A DNA stretch of 64,000 nucleotides, from assembly GCF_006345805.1 (NCBI RefSeq), contig NC_042999.1:10478001-10542000 (forward strand), given 5' to 3'. A program made the position numbers and the translations under genes. A model generated the notes under the pieces. The model ran no database searches, had not been told where the DNA came from, and worked only from the letters and a program-made list of their open reading frames with translations. The stretch is from Octopus sinensis. Lineage: Eukaryota. The number at the start of each line of letters is the position of its first letter. Position 1 is the stretch's first letter. Shown here one piece after another: positions 1 to 10,805 of the stretch.

Positions 1-247
1 TCTGCATGAGTTGGAGGTGAGTGTCACTGTCACACAAGCAGTAGGATTCCCAGTATTTGGCAAGATCATGTCTGGTCATGAGGAAATACGCTGCTTGGAA
101 ACAGGTGATGGTTGGCAACAGGAAGGGCATCCGGCAGAAGTTGGCGCCTCAGTAAACTTTGTCCATCACAAAGAATCATGGACACGGGAACTTCAAAATG
201 GCAATAATGTGTGTATGTATATATATATATATATATATACATATATA

Positions 248-525
248 TGCCAGCCTCGTCTGGCACCTGTGCCAGTGACACATAAGAAAACACCATCCGA
301 GCGTGGCCGTCTGCCAGCCTCGCCTGGCACCTGTGTCGGTGGCACATAAAATCACTCACTACACTCTCGGAGTGGTTGGCGTTAGGAAGGGCATCCAGCT
401 GTAGAAACACTGCCAGATCTGACTGGCCTGGTGCAGCCTTCGGGCTTGCCAGACCCCAGTTGAACCGTCCAACCCATGCTAGCATAGAAAGCGGACGTTA
501 AACGATGATGATGATAATGATGATA
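248..525 (+). mobile_element. RTE 3'UTR-only copy. Same family also at ~8729-9070, 14200-14527, 15940-16294, 25347-25958, 27976-28385, 53511-53765 (+) and ~15083-15235, 40378-40595, 46316-46735, 48167-48267 (-)
   Basis: Shared ggcacgtaaaaagcacc...ggttggcgttaggaagggcatccagctgtagaaa...gcatggaaagcggacgttaaac(gat)n, the same as the 3' end of the RTE at 10806-13933. Confidence 0.85.
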
Positions 526-1172
526 CATATATACACAGTGATCGGGCTAAATGTAAAAGTTGGCATAAAAGGAAAAGAAAACTATATCCTATCCAAAAAT
601 AAAAAATATCAACTAGATTATGGTTGGGAGCTATATATATAGCTCATAATATAAATTCAATATGGAGCAAATAATTAACGAAAAAATAATTTGTGACGAT
701 ATCATTGATTCTGTTATTATCTTGTGTAACAATTTAAAAATGATAATAACAGAATTAATAATATAGGCGATTGCAGGCGTACTGAGGAAGGTTAGGCTAT
801 TATGTCATTCGAGATGAGTCCAAATACTTGAATGTATCCTGAGAGATTGATATCTATAGTTATTATCAGTGTATTTTGGTGATTTAAATAAGAGTTTTGA
901 CTGTTGTTTCCAGCAGGTAGAAATACTTAGTATGTCCTTTGATTAATTTTAATCCTTCAGCTATGTATATATAGAACAAATAGCTGGAGATTATCAATCC
1001 GGGCAAAATCCTTCATAAGCTCTCAGGTGGCACACCTGGCTAACAATATTATTTGGATTAGTGAAGAACTCCAGGTAATCTTTTGGTAGGGTCCAAGGTT
1101 ATGGTCCATCCCAATTCTGTATTTAACTCCAAGGATGGGCTCCAGACAAACTGGTTTTTATTCAGAGTGATA

Positions 1173-1512
1173 GATAAGAGACAAGTTAAAAATAATGGTC
1201 ATTACATATTATTCTTTTATTGGAACAAACTTGGCTTACAGCTGTTTCCAGTAGTCGTTACAGGTTCATTACTGATAGGTTTGGTCAATTGATAAACTGA
1301 GGTCAATTAACAAGCAGAGCACTTATATCCAGAAATGGCTTTGACAAAAGTACCATTAATTTTCTTAAGTCATTCAATTTTCCTCAATAGTCCAATCAAG
1401 TAAACCTATCAGTAATGAACCTGTAATGACTTCTGGAAACAACTGTAAGCCAAGTTTGCTCAAATAAAGGAATTAAATGGAATGACCATTATTTTAAACT
1501 TGTTTCTTATAT
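1173..1512. repeat. Inverted repeat, ~110-bp imperfect arms, ~120-bp spacer
   Basis: 1173-1282 is the reverse complement of 1402-1512 with scattered mismatches. Confidence 0.85.
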
Positions 1513-1536
1513 ATATATAATTTCTTATATATATAT

Positions 1537-2680
1537 AAACACTGAAAATGCTCTGAGACCAACTTTCGCCACATTCCAGGGAGAAAAACTAGAAATAGTT
1601 GATAGCTTCCGTTACCTAGGTGACCAAGTCAGTAGCTGGGGCGGGTGTGCTGAAAGCGTAATTGCTAGAGTAAGAATAGCCTGGGCAAAGTTCAGAGAGC
1701 TTTTACCTCTGCTGGTGACAAAAGGCCTCTCGCTCAGAGTAAAAGGCAGACTGTATGACACATGTGAAACATGGGCCGTGACTGCTGAGGATATGCGTAA
1801 GCTTGCAAGAAATGAAGCCAGTATGCTCCGATGGATGTGTAATGTCAGTGTTCATACTTGACAGAGTGTAAGTACCTTGAGAGAAAAGCTGGACCTAAGA
1901 AGCATCAGTTGTGGTGTGCAAGAGAGACGTTTGCGCTGGTATGGTCATGTGACGAGAATGGATGAAGATAGTTGTGTGAAAAAGTGCCACACCCTAGCGG
2001 TTGAGGGAACCTGTGGAAGAGGCAGGAAAACCTGGGATGAGGTGTTGAAGCACGACCATCAAACTTTAAGTCTCACCGAGGAAATGACTAGAGACCGAGA
2101 CCTTTGGAAGTATGCTGTGTGTGAGAAGACCCGGCAGGACAAGTGAGACCATAACCCGTGGCCTCTACCTGGGATGTAGCCAGTCCACTTATGCATAAGT
2201 TTCCTTCTTAGGACACAAAACTCTACTTGTAAAGCCCTTTTGAGGCAAATCAAAATCAAAATCAAAATCGAAATCGATCAACATCAATGGAAATTGTAGC
2301 TGTGATACCAGTGCCAGTGGTACGTAAAAAAAACCATCTGAACGTGGCTGTTACCAGCGCCACCCCAACTGGCCTCGTACCGGTGGCACGTAAAAGGCAC
2401 CATCCGATTGTGGCCATTGCCAGCCTCACCTGGCCCCTGTGCTGGTGGCGCGTAAAAAGCACCATCTGACCATGGCTGTTTGCCAGCCCTGTCTGGCACC
2501 TGTGCCGGTGGCACAGTAAAAGCACCCACTACACTCATGGAGTGGTTGACGTTAGGAAGGGCATCCAGCCCTAGAAACATTGCCAGATCAGACTGGGCCT
2601 GGTGCAGCCTTCTGGCTTCCCAGACCCCAGTTGAACCGTCCAACCCATGCCAGCATGGAAAGCGGACGCTAAACGATATA
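1537..2680 (+). mobile_element. 5'-truncated RTE-clade LINE (RT C-terminus + 3'UTR)
   Basis: Degenerate ORF LEIVDSFRYLG...RRLRWYGHVTRM...GRGRKTW typical of RTE; closely similar to 12780-13930; followed by the shared 3'UTR. Confidence 0.88.
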
Positions 2681-3379
2681 ATTTAAAACATGTGATTCCT
2701 ACTAGATGTGTTTTATCCACTCGTGTATATATAGTTCAAATTTACAGAAAACAAGATAAGTGTAGGAACAACAAGCAGGTTTATTAGTTTAATGCTCAGA
2801 AAGAATGGGAAAGTCTTTTAGTTTTGGAGCCTATGCTCTTCAACAGAAAGGATTTTAGGGCAAAGCACTGAATTTTTTTGTTTTTAAATAAAGACTATCA
2901 AGTCTATAAGGCAGCTTTGTGCCTGTTGTAAAGAATTTAGATTTTCTCGTCCCATTTTTGATATAACTTTAAATAAACTTCGTTTTTGGATTTGGTTTGC
3001 AAGATTCTTTATATGAGTTCGTGTGTTGAAGCATATTCTGGGGAGAGTCATTTTCTTTTTGTGCCTCATAATATAAAACACTCATCGGTAAAATTGCTAC
3101 TTATTTCTTATTTTTATTTTCCTAAAATTTTCGTTGCGTCTTGCAACCTTCTCAATAGTTTTGACTCTCTTTAAACAAACTTAATTTTGATTTTTGAATG
3201 ATGAAGTTAACCGAAAGGACATAAATGTTTGTTAAAATAAAATATAAAGAAAAAACGGGGGTTATTTCTCGATTAAAAGAAAATTATTGTGCGAAATAGA
3301 TTATGTTTCGAATGAAATATAAAACAGGCTCGAATTTAAAGTTCTGTTCAATTCCTACAAAGCTGGTTTATTCAGTTTT

Positions 3380-3900
3380 CGAGTGGTGTGTGATTGTGGT
3401 GGAAGCCTCCCGTGACAACCTCGGTGGAGGAGCAGCAGTCATACACAACTACAGCATTTCTTGGCAGTCATGGTTGAAGATAGCTGACGACTTTTTCCTC
3501 GGTTCTCGACTGATTCGGACGAAATGAGTGCAAGGCAAACAACGAAGGCGCTTCTCTGTCCACAGTCGGATGGCAGAAGATCAGTTCTATTCTCTTAACC
3601 ATTTCTCAGACTTCTTCTTTCCTGGCTAAAAAGAAAACCCCCCAAAAAATCAAAAAAAGTATCAACGATGGTTCGCGTGTTCAGGTGTTTCGGGTTCAAA
3701 TCCCAGGTCGTCCTCCCCGTGGTCGACGAACCGATATCTATATGCACATCGAGTGATTGTGTGTTCATTGCTACCGTAGCAGGTTCATTGGAAGTATTCC
3801 GTATCCAGGTCGGCAAAGGATGGAAGAATGTCTGTTCCATCAACACAGAAGGCTTGGTCCAGCAGTTGGCTTACAGCGAGAAAGGTAGGAGACACACTCG
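3380..3900 (+). promoter_or_regulatory. CpG-retaining, GC-elevated region around the HPS3 start (probable promoter/5'UTR/first exon)
   Basis: Many CG dinucleotides relative to the CpG-poor AT-rich flanks; immediately precedes and overlaps the ATG at 3668. The TSS cannot be determined from sequence. Confidence 0.5.
3668..3884 (+). CDS. HPS3: HPS3 coding exon 1 (MVRVFRCFGFKSQVV...LAYSEK)
   Basis: ATG at 3668; donor AAG|gtagga at 3885, phase 1; N-terminus resembles HPS3 (MVQLYNLHPFGSQQVVP...LAYSEAG). Confidence 0.92.
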
Positions 3901-5101
3901 AAGAAGACGACCATTCCACTTACACAGGCTTCTGATGCCTTCTTCTAATCATTTGTGTTAATATATATATTAATATCACTCGATTAATATATATATATTG
4001 ATGATTTTCAGTGTTATTATTATTGTCTTAATTAAAAATTAATCAGATTCTTTGTAGAAGAGAATGAATAAGAAAGGAATTTTATTAAGTAAATTATTAG
4101 AATAATTTGCATTGAAGAGAGAAGCCCCGAGTGGAAAGCAAGTGTTTAATTGGTACTTGTATCGCAGAGTACCTGTTTAATTATTGTGTCTTGATTGTTA
4201 ATTTCGATTTTTGGTTTCTTCTTGTTGCCTGAAGAGGAGGAGAGGAGGTTTGTGTGTTGATGGATGACAGCATGGTTCCAACATGTAAACGGGAAACGGT
4301 TTATGGCGGAGCCAGAGAAAGCCAAAACCATTCATTCTTCTGAACAATAATAAATGGTTTTTGGGGGAATCATTAGTTGTAGCAGAGAATAATAATAATA
4401 ATAATAAAGAGAGAAACAAGTGAAGAATATATTTTATGTATCGAGATATTTGTTTCTATTTGAATGACAAACAAATCCGCCCATTTCTGTTAAAATCTCA
4501 TTCCAGGTTCCCCCAGCAAACTCACAGCTTTGGGATGTTGGCTTCACGGATAGATTATATTATTATTATTATTATTTTCATGATTGTTTCTAAATATACT
4601 ACTAAATACTTATTAGCATCTAAATGAAACCGTGGTCGGGATGATGCCTGCTTTCCTTTATTTTGTATTCTCAACATCTATTTTATGTTTACAAACCTGC
4701 GATGCTTTCTCTGTGTCTGGTTAAAAAAAAGGAAATCTATCGGACATTATCAGAAAATATTGATGAGATTCTTGGAAACGAGCCAAATTCATAAAGGATG
4801 GGCTTCCAACTGGCGAAACAATATTTATCCGACACTTTTCTGTGGATTTTATTAATGTTATAGGACTCAGTTGGATCTTTAATTGTATTTCATTCGATTT
4901 AATTAATAAATTTTGTTGGTGTTGGGATTTAAATGTTACCAAAAATGTTACGAAAAGCCAAACAGCAACAAAACAGAACATGGCCACATTTTACGGTTTA
5001 ATTTAATTATTTCTCTAGTCATTTGTATAAATAATGACTAAAAACGATGAATGAATATAAAATTTCAGTTTTATTTTATTAGTAGAAGAGATGGTCTTGT
5101 T

Positions 5102-5455
5102 CAGTGTTTCCAAAGTGGGTTTTAGGGACTCTCAATGTTTCATGAAATAATTCTAGAATCCTTGGAGAGAAAGTGTCTGTTAATAAAAGAAGAAAAAAAG
5201 CCATTTGATAAAAGAGAAATAGTTTTTACCATTTTCAAAATAAGTTATTATAAGCTACTCATATTATAAACATAAAATTATTCCAAAATGTAAATTATTA
5301 TGCTTTCTTATAGAAATATATTCTCATTCTAAAATCATTTTTATTCTGTTTAATTTCTTGTAAAATTAATGCAGTGTTGATATCCATTGAATGTAGATTC
5401 CTAGTATCTGGAATGTTGTCTGGGTTCTGCAATGAGATAAGTTTAGGAACAACTG
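5102..5455. mobile_element. Possible old hAT-type MITE
   Basis: Imperfect termini cagtgtttccaaagt ... aagtttaggaacaactg; no intact 8-bp TSD. Confidence 0.35.
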
Positions 5456-5685
5456 CTCTATGCCACAGAACATGTTGTTGGAGAATTACTTTCTGTCCTG
5501 ACTGGAAATTCTAATTTGCTCGACTGATTAACTTTTATGGTTTTCGTGTTAATTAAGCAATGATCCCAATTGCTGATTCTATTAATGAGGCCCTTCTTTT
5601 TTGACCAGTACAAAAGAAATTGTGATCTCGAATCTAATTTTCTTTTCCTTTTTTGAAAATTGTATTTTTATTTTCTTTTTTCCAG

Positions 5686-6531
5686 ATGATTATTTGGCTA
5701 CTTTAGAAGTGAAACATTTCCGCCATGAGAATCTAACTTTCATAAAGACTTATCTCGATCTGAAAAAATGGGAAAATAAAAAGAATTTTACAATAAGCTT
5801 ACGTGTAGCTGAAAAATACCCCGTTATTATTCCTGGTCAACCTGTCTTTGAAGTCCTTGAAATACCGCAGGAAGAAAAGGCAAATAGTTTAAGCGTTTGT
5901 TCTCATACAGGTACTCTTGCTGTTGCTTGTCACAAAAAAGTTAACCTTTATATGATCCAAGAAAAATATTCTGCTGAATGTTCACGCTCTTACAAAGACG
6001 TTGTTCATATTTTAATTATAAACTGGGGACATGTCGTTAGCAAAGTGGTCATCAATGAAAGTTTCATAGCCTTAATGTCCAACCGCTATGCTCATGTTCT
6101 CAAGTTAAATTTTTATAATGGCTTTCGAAAAGTGGGCCTTCATATGAGTAATCCAGCTTCACAGGCAACATTGGATGCGAACCAACCAAAGGCTTCAAGT
6201 TCCTGCTTTGAGTCAACAGAATTAATTGCAGGGGATTTCGAAAATACTTCCTCACCCCCCTCTTTGTCGTCTAATGAATTACTCTTGCCCTCTGACAGCA
6301 GTTCTATTGTGAATATCAAAAACGACGAAGCATATACCCAATGGGTTTTCAGCTCAGATCAACGTGGAAGTAGAAAGAAACGTAGGAGTTTTGGACAAGG
6401 AACTCGTAATATCGCCGAAATAGCTAATGTTGCAATAACTCCAGACACAATTTATCTTCCCAAACTCCATGGAAATAGTGGAATTAATGGCTCAACCAAA
6501 TCGTTGCCTAAAGTTATGGTTCAAGTCAAAG
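5686..6531 (+). CDS. HPS3: HPS3 coding exon 2 (846 nt)
   Basis: Polypyrimidine tract + ccag acceptor; lies within ORF 5601..6569; DDYLATLEVK...VQVK; donor G|gtaact, phase 1. Confidence 0.92.
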
Positions 6532-7679
6532 GTAACTGTTGTTTCTTTTTTCATAATTTTTACCATTAATTATTCTATATGAACATAATTATGTTTTGTA
6601 AGGTTCTTTTTCTATTTTATCAAGAAGTTGATTATGTTATCTAGATTTTATACTCGAATCCAAAATAGTCTTAGTTTAAGCCCCACGACTGACTTTATAA
6701 GAAGATATCAGTCCTCTTTCTGATCGATCAAGGATTCAGACCAGCAATGGGTTCCTTGGTATTTCTGGCAGGAACACCTTATTTCCCATTGTCTTACTTC
6801 ATCTATTTGTCAGGAATAGTTCCCAGGGGGTAGATTTATCTTTCATTTTCTTCTTGCCATGAAATTGGAGCCAAACCTCAATTCTTGCAAACTGTTCAGC
6901 ATGTCAAGGACACTTCCATTCACTCTTTAATCCTTTCACTCTTTAATCCATTCACCTTTTGCACTCTTTTCTGTCTTTTAGATGAGTTTTTGTATTTCCT
7001 CATCTTTTAGAATCATTTCCAGTCTCTCTCTCTCTCTCTCCTCTTTCACTCAACTTTCTCTAATTTCTTTTTCTATTTTTATCTCTTTTTTTCCATTTTT
7101 CCAGTCTTTTGGATTCTTTTGTTTCTGGTGTTCTAAATTTATTTTTGTCCTTTCTGTTCATTTCTGCTTTTTCATTTCTATCTTCAAATGTGTTGTAATT
7201 ATAAAAAAAGTAATTTAAATTTTAAAGCCAATTTCTTTATTATTTTAAGAGAATTTTGTTCTTGGAAGTTTTCTCGTGGGTTTGTTGTGTCTGAGTTTTG
7301 TTAGAATAGGTATGAACATATCTATTCATTCCAGCAGATTCAAATGTAATCCTGTTGTTTACCCTCAGAAAACACTGCCCCCCATTGTCCCCTTACACTG
7401 GTGAATCTTGTGTGTTATGAACATGCATCATACAAAGGGAGGAGGTATGTTCTGATGATGAAAACCAACAGCAATCAGACAGTCATGTTTGAGTTAGCCA
7501 GAGTGTATTATGAACAAATAGACACATCATTGCTTGGATTCTCCCTCCTGTTCTGTGTGCACCCCATGAATTATTATTATCTGTTTGGCAGGCATCAGCA
7601 GGCATCAGTAAATAATTTATTTGCCGAATTATATAAACAAGAGTGTCTGTTTTTCTTAGTCGTCTGCTGGCTGGGTAGC

Positions 7680-7727
7680 TTTGACTGAGGAGACATACAA
7701 TAAGGATGAAACACTGCAGTGTCTCTG
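7680..7727 (+). ncRNA. Type-I hammerhead ribozyme motif (degenerate stems I/II)
   Basis: ga-CTGAGGA-gacatacaataaggat-GAAA-cactgcagt-GTC-tc; stem III is the perfect palindrome acactgcagtgt. Confidence 0.65.
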
Positions 7728-8121
7728 TCCTTTTACACTGGTGAATTGCGTGTGTTATGGACACATATTTTTTAAAGGGAAGAGATGTTCTCTGAGGACA
7801 AAAAACCAACATTAATCAGGTATTCAGGTTTGGATTTTTTCCAGGGTGTGTTAAGAATGAATAGACACACCATTGTTTCGATTCTCACTGTTCTGTGTGT
7901 ACCCCATGGATTATTTATGTTTGGCAGAGATCAACAAATAATTTGTTTGCTGAGTTCTATGAACACGGACCTTGTGCTTTTGTGTTAGAGTCATTTGCCT
8001 GGGAGGATAACTTTGACTGAGGAGACCTACAATAAGGTTGAAACACTAGGGAATTGCATGTGTTATGAACACACATTATTTAAAGAGAAGAAATGTTCTC
8101 TGATGACAAAAACCAACGTCA

Positions 8122-8155
<34 letters not shown>

Positions 8156-8620
8156 GAATTATTGTGTATTGTGCTCAGGTGCACTACAACTCATCAAAGG
8201 TGCATGTACAGTACATAGAATTATGTAGAAAAGTCAGGAAAGTGAACAGTGTATGAGTCATGATATACAGGTGTGCATGCTTATGGTGGGGGGAGGGATG
8301 TCAGGTGTAGTGTTGGTGAATTTCAGGAAGCATGGAGGTTTTAAAGGATGCAATGTCTTGGCAACTAACAACTGATGCAGGTTGTTTGTTCCATGCTTCA
8401 GCATCTCTGAGTGTGAAAAAATGTTTCCGAAAGGGATGGGAGTTGTGCTGTAGGGAATGCCCACATGTGTATTAGGACACATGGAATTCAAAAAGGTGCT
8501 CAATGTGGTTGTTGGTGCAATGGTCAATAATTTTATGGGTGTTTACCAAGTCAGTTGCCAGACTTTGGAGCTTCAATGTATCCCTGCCCAGAGTATGGTA
8601 GATGCCGGATGGAAGGTATT
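8122..8620 (-). mobile_element. CR1-clade LINE 3' fragment with (ATT)n tail
   Basis: Homologous to 9932-10487; degenerate IPSIRHLP...HKII...EHLF ORF end; inserted into the third unit of the 335-bp repeat. Confidence 0.8.
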
Positions 8621-9931
8621 TGTTTGAATTTGCCAGGATGTTTTTAGAATAAACTGAAACATCATTGTTTGGCTTCTTACTGTATCTCATGGATTATCAG
8701 GTATTAACTTATTTTGTATAATGGCCATAGCCAGTACTGCATCAACTGGCCTCCGTGCTGGTGGCACGTAACAAACACCATCCGATCGTGGCCATGCCAG
8801 CCTCGCCTGGCCTCCGTGCCAGTGGCACGTAAAAAACACCATCCGAGCATGGCCGTTCGCCAGCCTCATCTGGCACCTGTGTTGGTGGCACATAAAAAGC
8901 ACCCACTACACTCACGGAGTGGTTGGCGTTAGGAAGGGCATCCAGCTGTAGAAACACTGCCAGATCAGACTGGGCCTGGTGCAGCCTTCTGGCTTCCCAG
9001 ACCCAAGTTGTACCGTCCAACCCATGCCAGCATGGAAAGCGGACGCTAAACGACCATGATGATGATGATAATCTACTTGCTGTGATATGTATTTCAGTGT
9101 TAAGCTTAATAATGGATCAGAATCAAAGACCTGGCCAAAACCTAATGAAACAGGGTCCTGAATGTCTTAATTTTCCTTAAAAATAGTTTTTCTAAACTCA
9201 TACAAAAGCAAGTAAATTGTGTACAAAACGGTGAAATGCCAGCTTCTGGGTGTGGGTGACACCCCACTGCTGGCGTCTCATGGAATCTCTTGCTAAGTTA
9301 ATCCAACATGTTGCTTGCAGTTCTTATTTAACCCCAGGTTGGTTTACTTGCTAGTCTACTTAACTGCAGTATAGGTATTAATGTTTCGTTTTAACATTTT
9401 TACTTGTTTCAGTCACTGGTATGTGACCATACTGGAGCACCACCTTGTTGGATTTAGTCAACCAAATTGACCGTGCTACTTTCCTTTTTTAAGTCTGGTG
9501 TTTTAGTCTGTCAACCCCTTTTGCCAAGCCATTAGGTTAAGAAGATGGAAACAAAGCAACATTGATTTGTTTACATCCAAAGTGGTAAGGGGACTAGGAC
9601 ATTCTCTCCCCTCCCCTCTCTCTCTATCACATACACACATCTCACAGTTTCTGTCTACCAAATTCCCTGATAAAGCACTGGTTGATCCAGAGCTCTAAAA
9701 AATACTTCTCTGTGGTGCAGTGGGACTGAACCCAAACCATCTGGATACAAAGTAAACCCCTTAACCACACAGCCATGCCTCTGCCTCCGCTATCGAAATT
9801 CTTGTCATATCCCTGTATATTATCCAGGGCAAATATTTATAGCTTATCTCTTCAATTCCTCAGAAATTGAACTTTAGCATGCTAATTATTGGTCTTTTTC
9901 ATTAGAGATAAACTTTTAATTAAACAGCTCT

Positions 9932-10487
9932 GATAATAATAATAATGAAATTATTGTATACAGTGCTCAGGTGCACCACAACTTGTCAGAAAGTGCATAT
10001 AAAGCATATGCAGTAATGTAGAAATGTCTGGAAAGCGAACAATGTATGAGTCAGATACATGCTTGTGTGTGTATGGAGGGGAGAAAATCAAGTGTAGTGT
10101 TGGCGAATCTCAGGAAGCATGGAAGTTTTGAAGGATGCAGTGCTCCGACAACTAACAACTGATGCCGGCAGTTTGTTCGATGCTTCAGCAACTCTCAGCA
10201 TGAAAAAATGTTTCCTGAAGTCATGGGAGCTGTGCTGTTTTCTGACTTTGTAAATATGTCCACGGGTGTTAGATGGGTGGAGTTTGAAAAGGTGCTCAGA
10301 GTTATTGTTTGTAAGATGGTTGATAATTTTATGGGTGTCTGCCAAGTCAGCTGCCAGACGTCGGAGTTTCAATGTGTCCATGCCCAGGGAAGTAAAGCGT
10401 TCAGGATATGGCAAATGCCTGATGGAGGGTATTCTTTTGGTTGCACGTCGCTGAACAGCTTCCAGACGATTGATATGAGTAAACGAC
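9932..10487 (-). mobile_element. CR1-clade LINE 3' fragment (also ~20686-20950 + and ~48645-48970 +)
   Basis: ORF LEAVQRRATKRIP...TRGH...F..RVAEA.NKLP, the canonical CR1 ORF2 C-terminus; ATT-repeat tail. Confidence 0.88.
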
Positions 10488-10805
10488 AGCACAGACAGTG
10501 GAGGGAAACAAATTCTTTTATTAATTAAAGATAATTTTTGAATTTGAAACAATTAATTGGTACACGCATGGCTGTGTGGTTGAGCAGTTTGCTTTCCAAC
10601 TATATAGGTTTAAGGTTCAGTCCTACTGTGTGGCACCTTGGGCTAGTCTTCTGCTATACCCCTGGGCTGACCAAACCTTGTCAGTGGATATGGTAGACAG
10701 AAACTGGAAGGAGCCTGTTATGTGTGTGTGTGTGTGTGTGTGTGTATACATACATACATACATATGTATATATATACAGACATATATATATATACATACA
10801 TACAT

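Larger units (their letters stand above)
7368..8700 (+). repeat. ~335-bp tandem repeat (about 2.5 units) with type-I hammerhead ribozyme motifs at unit junctions; retrozyme-like
   Basis: Units start at GAAA(A)CACT 7368, 7708, 8040; CTGAGGA at 7685 and 8017; the third unit is split by the CR1 insertion and resumes ~8620. Confidence 0.75.
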
